A stretch of 64,000 nucleotides of DNA from an uncultured Mycoplasmatota bacterium (GCA_900543825.1 UQSR01000003.1:67315-131314); one strand, 5' to 3'. Positions 28,890 to 40,159 are shown, counted from the first letter of the stretch. Program-made: numbers and translations. The notes: a model not told the origin generated them from the sequence alone.

Positions 28890-30248
28890 TTATCTATCCT
28901 CCATAACCAAATGATTAACAATATTCTTAAGTTTCATACCATTAGAAGCCTTAAATAAGACAACATCTCCATCTCTTAACATATCATCAAAAAATTCATA
29001 ACTCTCACTCTCATTATTAAAATGATATCTATTATCAAAACCTTTATTCTCTAAAAACTTATCCGTATACCTAGTATTATCTCCTATAGTAACAATAATA
29101 TCAAGATTACTTTTAAATAACTCTTCACCAATCTTAGTATGAATCTCCTCATTATAATCCCCAACTTCTAAAACATCACCAATAACCGCTATACGTCTCT
29201 TCGCTTCTTTATTTTTAAGAATCTCCAAAGAAGAACGAATAGAATCAAGAGAAGCATTATAAGTATCATCAATAAGTATAGCTTTGCATCTAGCCTTCTT
29301 AAATTCAAGCCTATTACCAGTAAGTTTAAAATTCTTAATACCGTTCCTAATATTATCTACATCTATATCACATAAACTACCAACACTATAAGCCACTAAA
29401 GAATTATATATAAAAGCAGTATTACCAATATCACATTCCATATCATTACCATTAATCTTAAATCTAGTTAAATCATCACTAATATCACTAGCTTTATAAT
29501 CACTATCATTATCTATACCAATAGTAACAATATCATTAAGAGATTTAATATATTTAATATTATTACGTATAATATCATTATCATTATTAATAATAAGTGG
29601 TCCATTAAGTCCCTCTATTATCTCTAATTTAGCTTTCAATATATTCTCTCTTGAACCCAAAATACCAATATGAGCAGTACCAATATTAGTAATAACCCCA
29701 ATAGTAGGACGAACAATATCAGTAAGATAAGAAATCTCACCAAAATGATTCATTCCCATTTCAATAACCATAACATCTTCATCTTTATATCTAAGTATTG
29801 TAAAAGGAAGACCAATATTATTATTATTATTACCCTCAGTTTTAAGAACCTTATATTTAGTACTAAGAACACTAGCCACCATATCCTTAGTAGAAGTTTT
29901 ACCAACACTACCAGTAATAGCCACCACAGGAATATTAAGTAAACTTCTCTTATACTTAGCAAGCTTACCTATACATTCCAAAGTATTATCCACTAAAATA
30001 ATAGTCTTATCACCATATCTATCAGTATCAACTAAAGTAGTATTATCAAGTATACAAGCCTTAGCCCCCTTATCAAAAGCATCAGCATAAAAATTATTAC
30101 CATCAAAAGACTCACCTTTAATACCAACATAAATATCACCATTCTTAATAATTCTCGTATCCTTACAAAAATTATCAAGTATCATATTCTCATCTCCACA
30201 AAGAAGCTTACCATTAAAACGAGAAATAATATCACTTACATATAACAT
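28890..30248 (-). CDS. murF: UDP-MurNAc-tripeptide--D-Ala-D-Ala ligase
   Basis: Mur ligase with the ITGSVGKTSTKDM P-loop and a MurF-type N-terminus (GESFDGNNFYADAFDKGAKA). Confidence 0.8.
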   Translation of the reverse strand: MLYVSDIISRFNGKLLCGDENMILDNFCKDTRIIKNGDIYVGIKGESFDGNNFYADAFDKGAKACILDNTTLVDTDRYGDKTIILVDNTLECIGKLAKYKRSLLNIPVVAITGSVGKTSTKDMVASVLSTKYKVLKTEGNNNNNIGLPFTILRYKDEDVMVIEMGMNHFGEISYLTDIVRPTIGVITNIGTAHIGILGSRENILKAKLEIIEGLNGPLIINNDNDIIRNNIKYIKSLNDIVTIGIDNDSDYKASDISDDLTRFKINGNDMECDIGNTAFIYNSLVAYSVGSLCDIDVDNIRNGIKNFKLTGNRLEFKKARCKAILIDDTYNASLDSIRSSLEILKNKEAKRRIAVIGDVLEVGDYNEEIHTKIGEELFKSNLDIIVTIGDNTRYTDKFLENKGFDNRYHFNNESESYEFFDDMLRDGDVVLFKASNGMKLKNIVNHLVMEDR

Positions 30249-30334
30249 ATAAATACCTCCATTAAATTATATATAGTTTATATATATTTATAAATAAAAG
30301 GTTATAAAAGTATATAACCCTTTATTTAGTATTA

Positions 30335-32845
30335 TTATTTAGTATCATCTAGCACTTCATCAACACTAGATAACATATCATCAATTTCTTTTAAAGAAAC
30401 ATCTTTCTTTTCAAACTTAATATCTTCTTCTTGCTTTTCCATATCATCTTTACTAATCATATTACATACCTTATAAGAATCAATAATTCTATCTTTAATA
30501 ACATAAGAACCATTACTATATCTATCCATTATAGGAATCTCAGTAAGTTTTAGAATCTTTGTATAATTATCAGATACAACACCAATCATATCTTTAGAAT
30601 TAGTAATATAAGTCTTAATAATCTTACTAGGATTACTCTTAATAACTTTCATAAGAAGTATTCCCCTCTTAGCTCTAGAAGTTTTTTCAAATTCAAGAAG
30701 TTTAGTTCTCTTACCAGTACCCTTATCCGTAAGAATAGTAATAAACTCCTCTTTAGCATCAAATAAAGTACCAGAAACAACAAAATCATCTTTTAAATTA
30801 ATAGCTTTAACACCTGCAGCCTTAACACCAAGAATAGGAATCTCACTAGTATCATACCATAATCCATATCCAAGTGAAGTAGATATAAATACATTAGATA
30901 AATCACTAATAGTTACATCAACAACCATATCATCATCTTTCAAATTAATAGCTTTAATAGGTTTATTATATCTAAGAACCTTATAATCAATAAGTTTAGT
31001 TCTCTTAACCATACCATTCTTAGTAAATGTAGTAATATACTTATCACTATCAAAATCATATACCCCTATAGCATTAATTATCTTCTCTCCATCAGATAAA
31101 GGAATAATATTACTAATATGTTTACCAAGATCCTTCCATTTACCATCAAAAATATCATATACGGGAACATATAAATAATTACCCATATTAGTAAATAAAA
31201 GTATTACATCAGTAGTAGTAATATTAAATAAATGTGTAACATAATCATTCTCTTTAAGACCAGTTTCCTCTCCATTAGCAGAACTATAACTACGAGTAGA
31301 AACTCTCTTAATATATCCCTCATTAGATATAACAACAACAACATTCTCTTTAGGAATCATAACAGTAGTATCTATCTTAATATCAGCAGCCTCATCCCTA
31401 ATCTCAGTTCTTCTAGGAATACCATATTCCTTCTTAATCTTTCTAAGATCATCTTTAATAACACTATTAAGTTTATCAGAATTAGATAAGATTTCTTCAT
31501 ATAACTTAATCATTTCAGCAAGTTTTTTCATCTCTTCCTCTAATAATACAACGTCAGTATTAGTAAGTCTATATAACTGCAAATTAACAATAGCTTCTGC
31601 TTGAACCTGAGTAAAAGAATATTCATTTACTAAATTAACAATAGCATCAGCCTTATTCTTACTCTTTCTAATAGTAGCAATAACCTCATCCAATATTGAA
31701 AGTGCCTTAACAAGACCTTCCATAATATGATAACTATTTTTAGCAGTCTTCAAATCAAATTCAGTAGCCTTATAAACAATATCCCTTTGATGAGCAATAT
31801 AAGCATCAAGAATACCCAAAAGACCAAGTTGCATAGGTCTACGATTAACAATAACAACATTATTAAAATTATAAGATACCTGAAGATCAGTATTCTTATA
31901 TAAATAATTAAGAATATTCTCACCATTAACATCTTTCTTTAAATCAATAGCAATCTGAAGACCATCTTTATCAGATTCATCTCTAACCTCAACAATACCA
32001 TCAATCTTTTTATCTAATCTAATCTCATCAATCTTTCTAACAAGAATCTGTTTATTAACATCAAAAGGAATCTCATTAATAATAATTTTATTCTTTTCTA
32101 TCCTAGCCCTAGCCCTAATAAATATCTTTCCCCTACCATTTTCATAAGCTTCTCTAATACCATCAGTACCAAGTACAATACCACCAGTAGGAAAATCAGG
32201 TCCTTTAATATAATTCATAACAGTATCAAGTCTACTATTAGGATTATCAATTCTAAATATTGTAGCATCAATAACTTCACTTAAATTATGAGGTGGCATA
32301 TTAGTAGCATATCCAGCACTAATACCAGTAGTACCATTAACAAGCAAATTAGGAAATCTACTAGGAAGAACAGTAGGCTCAAGTAACCTATCATCATAAT
32401 TAGGAGCCATAGGAACAATACCAGCCTTATCAATATCACGAAGAAGTTCTCCTGCTATTTTAGATAATCTAGCCTCAGTATAACGACTAGCAGCAGCACT
32501 ATCACCATCAATAGAACCATTATTACCTTGCATTTCAACTAAAGGAGCCTCATTCTTCCACCATTGACTCATTCTAACAATAGCTTCATATATAGAACTA
32601 TCACCATGAGGATGATAATTAGCCATAACAAGACCAACAGCATTAGCACTCTTTTTAGTAGGCTTATCATAAGTATTCTTCTCTTTATACATAGAATATA
32701 ATATTCTTCTTTGCACAGGCTTTAATCCATCTCTAACATCAGGAATAGCTCTATCTTGAATAATATACTTAGCATATCTACCAAAACTATCCCCCATTAT
32801 ATCTTCTAAAGAATAATCATATATATTCTTAATAACATCTTTCAT
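30335..32845 (-). CDS. parC: DNA topoisomerase IV subunit A
   Basis: [57 protein letters not shown] and [12 protein letters not shown]. These are closer to Gram-positive ParC than to GyrA. No parE is adjacent. Confidence 0.8.
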   Translation of the reverse strand: MKDVIKNIYDYSLEDIMGDSFGRYAKYIIQDRAIPDVRDGLKPVQRRILYSMYKEKNTYDKPTKKSANAVGLVMANYHPHGDSSIYEAIVRMSQWWKNEAPLVEMQGNNGSIDGDSAAASRYTEARLSKIAGELLRDIDKAGIVPMAPNYDDRLLEPTVLPSRFPNLLVNGTTGISAGYATNMPPHNLSEVIDATIFRIDNPNSRLDTVMNYIKGPDFPTGGIVLGTDGIREAYENGRGKIFIRARARIEKNKIIINEIPFDVNKQILVRKIDEIRLDKKIDGIVEVRDESDKDGLQIAIDLKKDVNGENILNYLYKNTDLQVSYNFNNVVIVNRRPMQLGLLGILDAYIAHQRDIVYKATEFDLKTAKNSYHIMEGLVKALSILDEVIATIRKSKNKADAIVNLVNEYSFTQVQAEAIVNLQLYRLTNTDVVLLEEEMKKLAEMIKLYEEILSNSDKLNSVIKDDLRKIKKEYGIPRRTEIRDEAADIKIDTTVMIPKENVVVVISNEGYIKRVSTRSYSSANGEETGLKENDYVTHLFNITTTDVILLFTNMGNYLYVPVYDIFDGKWKDLGKHISNIIPLSDGEKIINAIGVYDFDSDKYITTFTKNGMVKRTKLIDYKVLRYNKPIKAINLKDDDMVVDVTISDLSNVFISTSLGYGLWYDTSEIPILGVKAAGVKAINLKDDFVVSGTLFDAKEEFITILTDKGTGKRTKLLEFEKTSRAKRGILLMKVIKSNPSKIIKTYITNSKDMIGVVSDNYTKILKLTEIPIMDRYSNGSYVIKDRIIDSYKVCNMISKDDMEKQEEDIKFEKKDVSLKEIDDMLSSVDEVLDDTK

Positions 32846-33000
32846 ATTAAACCACCATACTAATTATATAGTATTTTCCCTTATTTTTCAACAAATAGAC
32901 ATCTTATTTACAAAAAAATACCCCAGTATCATAATACCAAGGCATTAAATCTAACTAAATTATATAACTATTTAATAATAATATTAAATAATAAATATTA

Positions 33001-34062
33001 CTAACTACTTCTTACAGTATAAGTAACATTACTAGGCCTTTCAGAATAAGACATAAAAGAATTATACGTTGTAGTTCCAGATTTAGGTAAAATAACATTT
33101 ATACTTTTACTAGTATTTTCAAAAGATCTAGAAAATGTTGATATATTTTCAGCTTTTATTTCAATAGTACCAGTCAGGTTAGTACAATTACTAAACATAC
33201 CATAAGCACTAGAAATATTATTAGGTAAAGAAGATATCGTAGTTAAATTAGTACAATCACTAAACATACTATCAGCAGATCCTTCAGTAGCAGTACCGAC
33301 AGAAAAATTAACCAATTTAACATTTTCATTAATAGATACACTAGTAATTGTTTTATTACCAGTAAAAACTCCTACAGAATCCTCATCCATATCAGCAGAC
33401 AAAACAACCGTATTATATTTAGTTCCACTAACTGTATATGTAGCAGGTATAGTAACATCTGTAGAACTACCCTTGTAATCAATTAAATAAACATAACCGC
33501 TTGGTATAGAATAACTCATATCACTTTCATTTTTATAAGTACCACCACCAAGAATATAATCAAAATCAGATAAAGGAGTATTTAAATCAATAAGTTCGCT
33601 CTGTGGCACCATCTTCATATCACTACTAAGAGTAACACTACCAGTACCAGAAGAAACACCAATTACTACAGTAACATCACTATTACTGTTATTTCTAATA
33701 CTAACCTCGTATTTATGTTCTTCTCCTGCATCAATAGTAGTTTGATAAGTACCAGAATCAGTTCTCTTACTACCAAGTTCAATATCAAGACCCTCATCAA
33801 TATACCACATAACATAATTTAAATTACTATTAGTACTATTAGTAACATGTAAATTAGTTGCTTTAGTTTCTCCTGCAGGTACAGTAACTTCAACAGTTTC
33901 CATAACATCACTTTCACCAAATATTCCAGCAGTAAAACTAATAGGATTATCAATTTTACTACTAGCGGTAAACATAGCAAATGTAGAACCAACACCCAAA
34001 CCTACTAATCCAATAGAAATAACTAAAATCAAATAAATAGTTTTAACTGAAATTTTCTGCAT
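33001..34062 (-). CDS. Secreted protein with a TasA/camelysin-type (SipW-cognate) signal peptide, paralog B
   Basis: GVGSTFAMFTASSKIDNPISFTAG matches the TasA/CalY signal region very closely. It lies immediately downstream of the prepilin peptidase gene. Confidence 0.5.
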   Translation of the reverse strand: MQKISVKTIYLILVISIGLVGLGVGSTFAMFTASSKIDNPISFTAGIFGESDVMETVEVTVPAGETKATNLHVTNSTNSNLNYVMWYIDEGLDIELGSKRTDSGTYQTTIDAGEEHKYEVSIRNNSNSDVTVVIGVSSGTGSVTLSSDMKMVPQSELIDLNTPLSDFDYILGGGTYKNESDMSYSIPSGYVYLIDYKGSSTDVTIPATYTVSGTKYNTVVLSADMDEDSVGVFTGNKTITSVSINENVKLVNFSVGTATEGSADSMFSDCTNLTTISSLPNNISSAYGMFSNCTNLTGTIEIKAENISTFSRSFENTSKSINVILPKSGTTTYNSFMSYSERPSNVTYTVRSS

Positions 34063-34074
34063 AAAGATTCCTCC

Positions 34075-34857
34075 TTATTTTACTAAAAAATTAATAATAC
34101 CATTAATATCTACTTTAGATATATGAATAAGTATAGCGGCCATTGCTAAAAAAGGCCCAAAAGGTATTAAATTATCTCTTCTACTAAAAAGAATATATAT
34201 AGCTACCGGAAAAGCAATAAAAGTAGCTAAAAATATATCACATATAGCTAAAGGATATCCAATCACTATTCCAAACAAGAACATTAATTTAATATCTCCT
34301 CCACCCATACTCTCTCTTTTAAATAATCTATCTCCTATTAATTTTATCACATACATAGTAACAAAAGCAAGAATACCAGCCAAAATTTTACTAACAGTAT
34401 AATCAAGTCCAAAAAATATAAGTTCCAATATAATAATACTAATAGAAGAAATAGCAATAATTTCATCTAATATAATCATATATTCAATATCACTCACTAT
34501 AATAACAATAAGACTAGATATAAATATCAAACTAATAACAAAATTATAACTAAATCCAAAAGAATGATAAGAAACAATATAAAGTATACCAGTAACAACT
34601 TCAATTATCAAATAACTAATAGGAATATTAGTATGACAACATCTACTCTTACCCTTTTGTATTATATAAGAAACAATTGGTATAAGTTCATACCATCTAA
34701 GTCTATGATTACAATTATGACAATGACTACTAGGCCATAAAATAGATTCATTATTTGATAATCTCATAGCAAGAACATTAAGAAAACTCCCCATAATACT
34801 ACCAAAAATAAATATCATAATATATATATATATTTCTATTCCCATAAAATCACCCAT
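34075..34857 (-). CDS. Prepilin peptidase (A24 family, PilD/ComC/TadV-like)
   Basis: N-terminal Zn-finger-like CHNCNHRLRWYELIPI…CCH motif and a polytopic membrane domain. Confidence 0.8.
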   Translation of the reverse strand: MGDFMGIEIYIYIMIFIFGSIMGSFLNVLAMRLSNNESILWPSSHCHNCNHRLRWYELIPIVSYIIQKGKSRCCHTNIPISYLIIEVVTGILYIVSYHSFGFSYNFVISLIFISSLIVIIVSDIEYMIILDEIIAISSISIIILELIFFGLDYTVSKILAGILAFVTMYVIKLIGDRLFKRESMGGGDIKLMFLFGIVIGYPLAICDIFLATFIAFPVAIYILFSRRDNLIPFGPFLAMAAILIHISKVDINGIINFLVK

Positions 34858-36161
34858 TATAATATATCACTATATATACTAAACATTGGAATAAATATAG
34901 CTAAAAGAATAACACCAACAATAAAAGCAAGCACAATAATCATAACAGGTTCAATCAAACTCTTAAGTCTTTGTATCAAATTCTTTTGTTCTTCTTCATA
35001 ATAGTTAGCAACATTTTCCATCATAACCCCAAGTCTACCAGTCTTTTCACCAGTTACTAACATCTCATAAGCAACTCTAGGAAAAGCCCATTTATTCTCA
35101 AAAGCCGGAGAAAGCCCCGCTCCTGCACTCAAATTAGTAACAGCCTCTTTAATAATATCCTTGTATATTTCATTGTTAGTAATTTTACCAAGCATTTCAA
35201 TACTATCAGTAATAAATACATCATGTCTAATCAAAGAAGAAAAAGTCTTAGTAAACATAACAACCTCATTATCAATAAGAACATCTTTAATAACAGGAAT
35301 ATGCATAGCAATCCATTGTACACAATATCTAAATTTCTTTACATGTCTATACAACATAACAATTATTATAATACTTGCAAAAATAGCAAGAACAATCTTA
35401 ATAACATTATTTTGCAAAAAAGTACTCATATTAATCAAAAACAAAGTAATACCAGGAAGATTAGAACCCAATTGATCAAATATACTTTGAAATTTAGGAA
35501 TAATAAATATAAGTAAAAAAGTAAGAACAGCAATAGATATAACAAGTACAACACTAGGATAAGTAAGTGCAGATATAACTTGTTTTCTATTACTATCAGC
35601 AGTCTTATAATAAGCAGCCATATCATCCAAAGATTCAGTCAAATTACCAGTAAGCTCTGATGTCTTTAACATATTAATAAGAAGCTTAGGAAAAACATTA
35701 CCCTGCCTAGCAAGAGCTTCACTAAAATTAGCTCCAGTATTAAGTTCATAAACAATTCTTTTATATAAATCCTTCTTTTTCTTATCTTTAGTCTGATTTT
35801 CTATCATAACAAGTGACTCAGTAAGAGGAATACCACTCTTAATATAAGTAGATAACTGTGTTAAAAAGAAAACCAAATCTTTATATTTCATCTCATTGCT
35901 AAAAGTAAAAAAGTCCCCTGTTTTACTAATCTTCTTAGCCTTAATATCCAAAATCTTATAACCTTGAGCAGTAAGAAAAGACTCAACATCCATTCTTCTA
36001 AATGCATCAAAATACCCCTTAACCTGTTTACCATTCTTATCATAAGCAACATATTTATACCTAGTTTTAACTTTAGTCATAGCCTGATTTCCACTAACTA
36101 CTTGATTAGAACTAAAAACAGGACCATTATTAACATAATTATTAGTATTCTGACCATTCAT
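34857..36161 (-). CDS. Type II secretion/type IV pilus platform protein (GspF/PilC/ComGB-like)
   Basis: Two T2SSF repeats with 3 TM helices. A TTGTTA-17-TGtTATAAT promoter lies upstream. No ATPase is adjacent. Confidence 0.8.
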   Translation of the reverse strand: MNGQNTNNYVNNGPVFSSNQVVSGNQAMTKVKTRYKYVAYDKNGKQVKGYFDAFRRMDVESFLTAQGYKILDIKAKKISKTGDFFTFSNEMKYKDLVFFLTQLSTYIKSGIPLTESLVMIENQTKDKKKKDLYKRIVYELNTGANFSEALARQGNVFPKLLINMLKTSELTGNLTESLDDMAAYYKTADSNRKQVISALTYPSVVLVISIAVLTFLLIFIIPKFQSIFDQLGSNLPGITLFLINMSTFLQNNVIKIVLAIFASIIIIVMLYRHVKKFRYCVQWIAMHIPVIKDVLIDNEVVMFTKTFSSLIRHDVFITDSIEMLGKITNNEIYKDIIKEAVTNLSAGAGLSPAFENKWAFPRVAYEMLVTGEKTGRLGVMMENVANYYEEEQKNLIQRLKSLIEPVMIIVLAFIVGVILLAIFIPMFSIYSDIL

Positions 36162-36261
36162 CTATATCACCTATTCTATACTTAATTATAACATATAATT
36201 CAAACTTTTTTAACAATTTTTTATAATTTTCATATATTATTTTAGAGAGGAGTATATCATT

Positions 36262-36711
36262 ATGTACGGAAATAACCTAGGAGCACCATTTATGATGCCA
36301 AATCCATATATGCAAATGCCAAATATAAATCCCATGATGACAAGAGGAATAAATAATATTGGAGCCATGGGAGGATTATCTAGAGGAGCCTCCATGTCAA
36401 AAGCAGGAGGATTATTATCCGGAATAAAAGGATTAAATTGGTCTGGTATGTTAAATAACGTTTCCAAAACCCTAGGAGTAGTAAAAGAAGCCATACCAGT
36501 AGTAAAAGAAGTACGACCAATGATGCATAACATGCGTTCAATGTTAAAAATAGCTTCAGTATTTAATGATGAAACAACAACATCAAATACCCAAAATAAT
36601 AAAGTAAAAGAAAATACAAATAAACCAGAAGCCAATAATAAAACTACTGATAGTATAAGTACAAATACTACCAGTAGTATAAAAACAAACACCCCAAATT
36701 TCTTTTTATAA
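36262..36711 (+). CDS. YqfQ-like Met/Pro/Asn-rich protein (sporulation-associated family)
   Basis: Strong RBS GAGAGGAG 8 nt before the ATG. It has an M/P-rich N-terminus, then GGLLSGIKGL…NNVSKTLGVVKEAIPVVKEVRPMMHNMRSM, which resembles the conserved YqfQ core as I recall it. It is preferred over the overlapping minus-strand ORF 36237..36743. Confidence 0.45.
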   Translation: MYGNNLGAPFMMPNPYMQMPNINPMMTRGINNIGAMGGLSRGASMSKAGGLLSGIKGLNWSGMLNNVSKTLGVVKEAIPVVKEVRPMMHNMRSMLKIASVFNDETTTSNTQNNKVKENTNKPEANNKTTDSISTNTTSSIKTNTPNFFL

Positions 36712-36720
36712 GAAATTTTT

Positions 36721-37227
36721 TTATTTAATTTCCTTAATATCAAATCTATTAAATAAAGTCTTAATAACCAAATAACTAAGACTAGTATATATAATAGTCA
36801 TAATAATACTATGAACAATTATTCTACCCAAAAGTAAAAAACTATAATTAGCATATCCAACTATACTAAGAATAATAAATGACAACAAATGATAAGTAAT
36901 AATTGCAATAATACTAATAATATTTATCATAAAAATATTATCACTAAGAATATTATTAAGTAAATAAATAACAAAACCAATTCCTAAAAATATAAAGACA
37001 TTAACAATAAAAGTAGAAGTATATAAAGCATCAAACAATATTCCAAATATAATAAGTAAAATATAATACTTCTTTTTATTATAGAAATAAGGATAAATAA
37101 CCACAAAACTAATAACAGTATATATTGTTGTAAAATAACTAACATCAGTTAAAGAACTAGCAAAAATATTTGACATAAATCCTTCTAGTAAAAAAGAAAA
37201 AAGTACATAAATAATCAAAAGTAACAT
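36721..37227 (-). CDS. mreD: Rod shape-determining protein MreD
   Basis: 168-aa polytopic membrane protein immediately after mreC. Confidence 0.65.
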   Translation of the reverse strand: MLLLIIYVLFSFLLEGFMSNIFASSLTDVSYFTTIYTVISFVVIYPYFYNKKKYYILLIIFGILFDALYTSTFIVNVFIFLGIGFVIYLLNNILSDNIFMINIISIIAIITYHLLSFIILSIVGYANYSFLLLGRIIVHSIIMTIIYTSLSYLVIKTLFNRFDIKEIK

Positions 37228-38084
37228 TATTCCGAATCCTTTCTCTTCAAAACACTAACATAATTAATATTTGAAAAATCTGCTGAAGGTTTAACTTTAA
37301 TAATTTTAGCCAAATCATAAGAATCAGTAGTAATCTCACTAACACTACCAATCAATATTCCTGAAGGAAAAATACCACCAAGACCTGAAGTATAAACAAA
37401 ATCGCCTATATCAACATCTTTAGTATTACTAATTCCTTCTACTTCAAGTAAATTCTTACTATAATCATAATTATTTATAAGACCATATAAATTATTATCA
37501 CCATTACTAATATGAACAGATATCTTATTATTAGTTTCACTAGTAGTAATAAGTCTAACATCAGAAGTAAAAGTACTAGTCTTAATTACCCTTCCAATAA
37601 GCCCCTTACCATTAATAACAACCATATCCTTCTTAATACCATTATAACTACCTTTATTAATAGTAATTGTATTATACCAATATCCTACACTCCTACTAGT
37701 AACAGTAGCATTCAAATATTCATAATCAGTAAGTGTATAATCAATATTAAGTTCATTCTTTAAAGCATCAATCTGCCTTCTAAGTTCAACATTTTCCGTT
37801 TCAATAGCATCAATTCTATCCAAAGAAGTCTCTAAAATATCATTCTCTTCATTAACATCCTTAAGTTTATTATATTCTCGAGTTTTAGTAGTAATATAAC
37901 TAAAAGGATAAGTAACAATCTTCTCAGCATAAGATAAAGTATCCCTTAAAAAAGATTCTACTGGATTAAGTTTTCTATCCTCTTTTAAAGTAAAAGAAAA
38001 TATAATAAGTAATATAATAATAAGTATAACAACACCAATAAAAACATATTTTTTAGAAGTCATCTTTTTCTTTCTACCAAGCAT
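37227..38084 (-). CDS. mreC: Rod shape-determining protein MreC
   Basis: N-terminal TM, a coiled coil (ENVELRRQIDALKNEL) and a C-terminal beta-domain (GDFVYTSGLGGIFPSGILIG). Confidence 0.8.
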   Translation of the reverse strand: MLGRKKKMTSKKYVFIGVVILIIILLIIFSFTLKEDRKLNPVESFLRDTLSYAEKIVTYPFSYITTKTREYNKLKDVNEENDILETSLDRIDAIETENVELRRQIDALKNELNIDYTLTDYEYLNATVTSRSVGYWYNTITINKGSYNGIKKDMVVINGKGLIGRVIKTSTFTSDVRLITTSETNNKISVHISNGDNNLYGLINNYDYSKNLLEVEGISNTKDVDIGDFVYTSGLGGIFPSGILIGSVSEITTDSYDLAKIIKVKPSADFSNINYVSVLKRKDSE

Positions 38085-38154
38085 AATATCACTTTCCTTA
38101 CCAATACATATTATATAATATTTTTAATCAAAATAAAAGATAAAATTACTACTT

Positions 38155-38832
38155 TTATAAATTATTATCCTCATAAAAACTATAATAATTACCATAACCA
38201 ATAATAATATGATCAAGAAGCCCAATACCATGTATATCTCCAATATTCTTAATTCTTTTAGTAATATCAATATCATTTTTACTAGGACTAGCATTTCCAG
38301 AAGGATGATTGTGAATACAAATAATATATGAAGCCGAAAGCAAATAAGCCTCCTTAAATATTTCTCTAGGATGAACCAAAGAAAAATTAACAGTTCCCTT
38401 AAATAACAATTTCTTATCTATATACTTTTTCTGATTATCCAAATATATAACATAAAATAATTCCTGTTTCTCATAAGCATAAAGATCATGAAAATAATTA
38501 ATAATAGAACTAGGATCAGTCAAATAAACCAAATCACTATAATTATCATTAGTATATACCCTCTTACCAAGTTCAATAGCGGCTAAAAGTTCAATAGCCT
38601 TAATCTTACTCATACCATTAATATTAGCTAAAGTATTAACCTCCATATTCTTAAGTTCATTAATATTATTAACTGAAGATAATATATTATGAGATATTTC
38701 TTTAATACTAGTTTTCCTAGTTCCAGATTTAAGTATAATTTCAATAAGTTCATTATTAGAAATATTCTCTCTTCCATATTTCAAAAACCTTTCTCTAGGC
38801 TTTTCACAATTAGGTAACTCTTTTAAATTCAT
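38155..38832 (-). CDS. radC: RadC-like JAB-domain protein (UPF0758)
   Basis: HhH N-terminal region and a JAMM motif HNHPSGNASPSKNDIDITKRI. Confidence 0.85.
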   Translation of the reverse strand: MNLKELPNCEKPRERFLKYGRENISNNELIEIILKSGTRKTSIKEISHNILSSVNNINELKNMEVNTLANINGMSKIKAIELLAAIELGKRVYTNDNYSDLVYLTDPSSIINYFHDLYAYEKQELFYVIYLDNQKKYIDKKLLFKGTVNFSLVHPREIFKEAYLLSASYIICIHNHPSGNASPSKNDIDITKRIKNIGDIHGIGLLDHIIIGYGNYYSFYEDNNL

Positions 38833-38843
38833 TTATACACCTC

Positions 38844-38880
38844 CATATATATAAACACCAAAAAGTTAAATAAATTGTAA
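38844..38880 (-). promoter_or_regulatory. Promoter-like element TTACAATT-N8-TTTTTGGTGTTTATATATATG (second copy, upstream of radC)
   Basis: Identical 21-nt and 8-nt blocks and the same spacing to RBS and ATG as at 4633..4669. Confidence 0.4.
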
Positions 38881-38906
38881 AAAAAAATATCAATAATTGA
38901 TATTTT

Positions 38907-39542
38907 TTAATTTATATTTTTTTCTCTAATATATCTATCATAAAGAGCAATAAGTATTGAACCAATAGAATTACCAAGTATCATAATAAATGTATATAAT
39001 ATAGTCTTAAATGACCAAGATCTAGCTACACTAAAATAAAACATATTAGCTACGCAGTGCTCAAAACCACATAAAATAAATACAATAACACACATAAATA
39101 TAGGTATATACCTACCAAATACATCTTTACTAGTCTTATAACTATTAACAGCAATATACATAAGAATACCACAAAAAATAGATAAAATTAAAATACTAAT
39201 AACACTATCATTAAGTTTAATATCACTAAGTACTCTAGCCTTTTCACTAATATTATTAATTCTACTATTCAAAGTAGCAAACGCTACCAAATAAGTACCA
39301 ATAAAATTACCTATCAAAGTAAAAATAAGAAGTATAACATAAGATAATTTATTAGATATAACATACCCAATCTTACCAGTATATAAATACATATCAAACA
39401 TACATATAACCAAAAGACCAATAGAGAAGAAAGTAGCCCCAAGTATCTTATTATTTAAAGATAAAAACACTACTCCTCCAATACCAATCATAATACCAGC
39501 AAACATGCCTCTAAATATATAACTCAAATATTTTTTTAACAT
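38907..39542 (-). CDS. Small polytopic membrane protein, formate/nitrite-transporter (FNT)-like
   Basis: FAGIMIGIGG…FSIGLLVICMFDMYLYTG resembles the FNT N-terminal signatures. At 211 aa it is shorter than canonical FNTs. Confidence 0.3.
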   Translation of the reverse strand: MLKKYLSYIFRGMFAGIMIGIGGVVFLSLNNKILGATFFSIGLLVICMFDMYLYTGKIGYVISNKLSYVILLIFTLIGNFIGTYLVAFATLNSRINNISEKARVLSDIKLNDSVISILILSIFCGILMYIAVNSYKTSKDVFGRYIPIFMCVIVFILCGFEHCVANMFYFSVARSWSFKTILYTFIMILGNSIGSILIALYDRYIREKNIN

Positions 39543-39550
39543 AAATAATC

Positions 39551-40159
39551 CTACTTATTACAATCAGTACATGAATATAAAGCTTTATATACTTCTTTCA
39601 TATAGCCACTTAAAGTATTTTCAAGTTCACTCACTTCTTCTTCTGTCCAGTAATCACTAGGCTTTTCAAAACCTTTAGTATCAAGAGAAGTCTCATAATC
39701 ATTACCAATTATTTTCCCATTTACAACAAAACTAACATTAGGTACAAAAACTTTCAAATTACCCTCATCATCTCTCTGAAGATTATCTCCAAGTATAGAT
39801 ACAATTTCTTGATACTTTTCTGTATTATTCTTTCTATCTTCAAGTATATTAAAATAATAAATTTTTTCTATATTGGCATCTTTAGCGGTTTCATTTAAAT
39901 ACTTAACATAAGCTTGACACCAAGGACATTCAGGAAATCCCAAATAAACAACACCAGTACCATACTTCAAAATATTAATAATCTCATCAATATTTTTATA
40001 TACAAAAACATTATCTTCTCCTACTTGTGAATCTACATATTCCTTTGCAAATCTAACATTATCATTCTCATTATTTTTATTATTTAAAACAAAATATAAA
40101 AGAATACCTCCCCCAATAATTATAATAGAACTAACTATTATTATCAATTTCTTTTTCAT
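39551..40159 (-). CDS. Membrane-anchored thioredoxin-fold protein (CPWC), resembling PedC/BrcD-type bacteriocin transport accessory proteins
   Basis: True start MKKKLIII with a GAGGTGAGAAAA RBS. One TM helix, a CxxC motif (FPECPWCQ) and a C-terminal CTDC. Confidence 0.5.
   Translation of the reverse strand: MKKKLIIIVSSIIIIGGGILLYFVLNNKNNENDNVRFAKEYVDSQVGEDNVFVYKNIDEIINILKYGTGVVYLGFPECPWCQAYVKYLNETAKDANIEKIYYFNILEDRKNNTEKYQEIVSILGDNLQRDDEGNLKVFVPNVSFVVNGKIIGNDYETSLDTKGFEKPSDYWTEEEVSELENTLSGYMKEVYKALYSCTDCNK

Noticed and set aside
32846-33000. Possible terminator or regulatory element between TasA-like paralog B and parC
   Set aside because: Only weak 4-5-bp stems found. The parC promoter hexamers are not convincing enough to report.
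36237-36743. Minus-strand 168-aa ORF overlapping the YqfQ-like gene
   Set aside because: No RBS and a poly-hydrophobic antisense-type translation. The plus-strand ORF has a strong RBS and family-like motifs.
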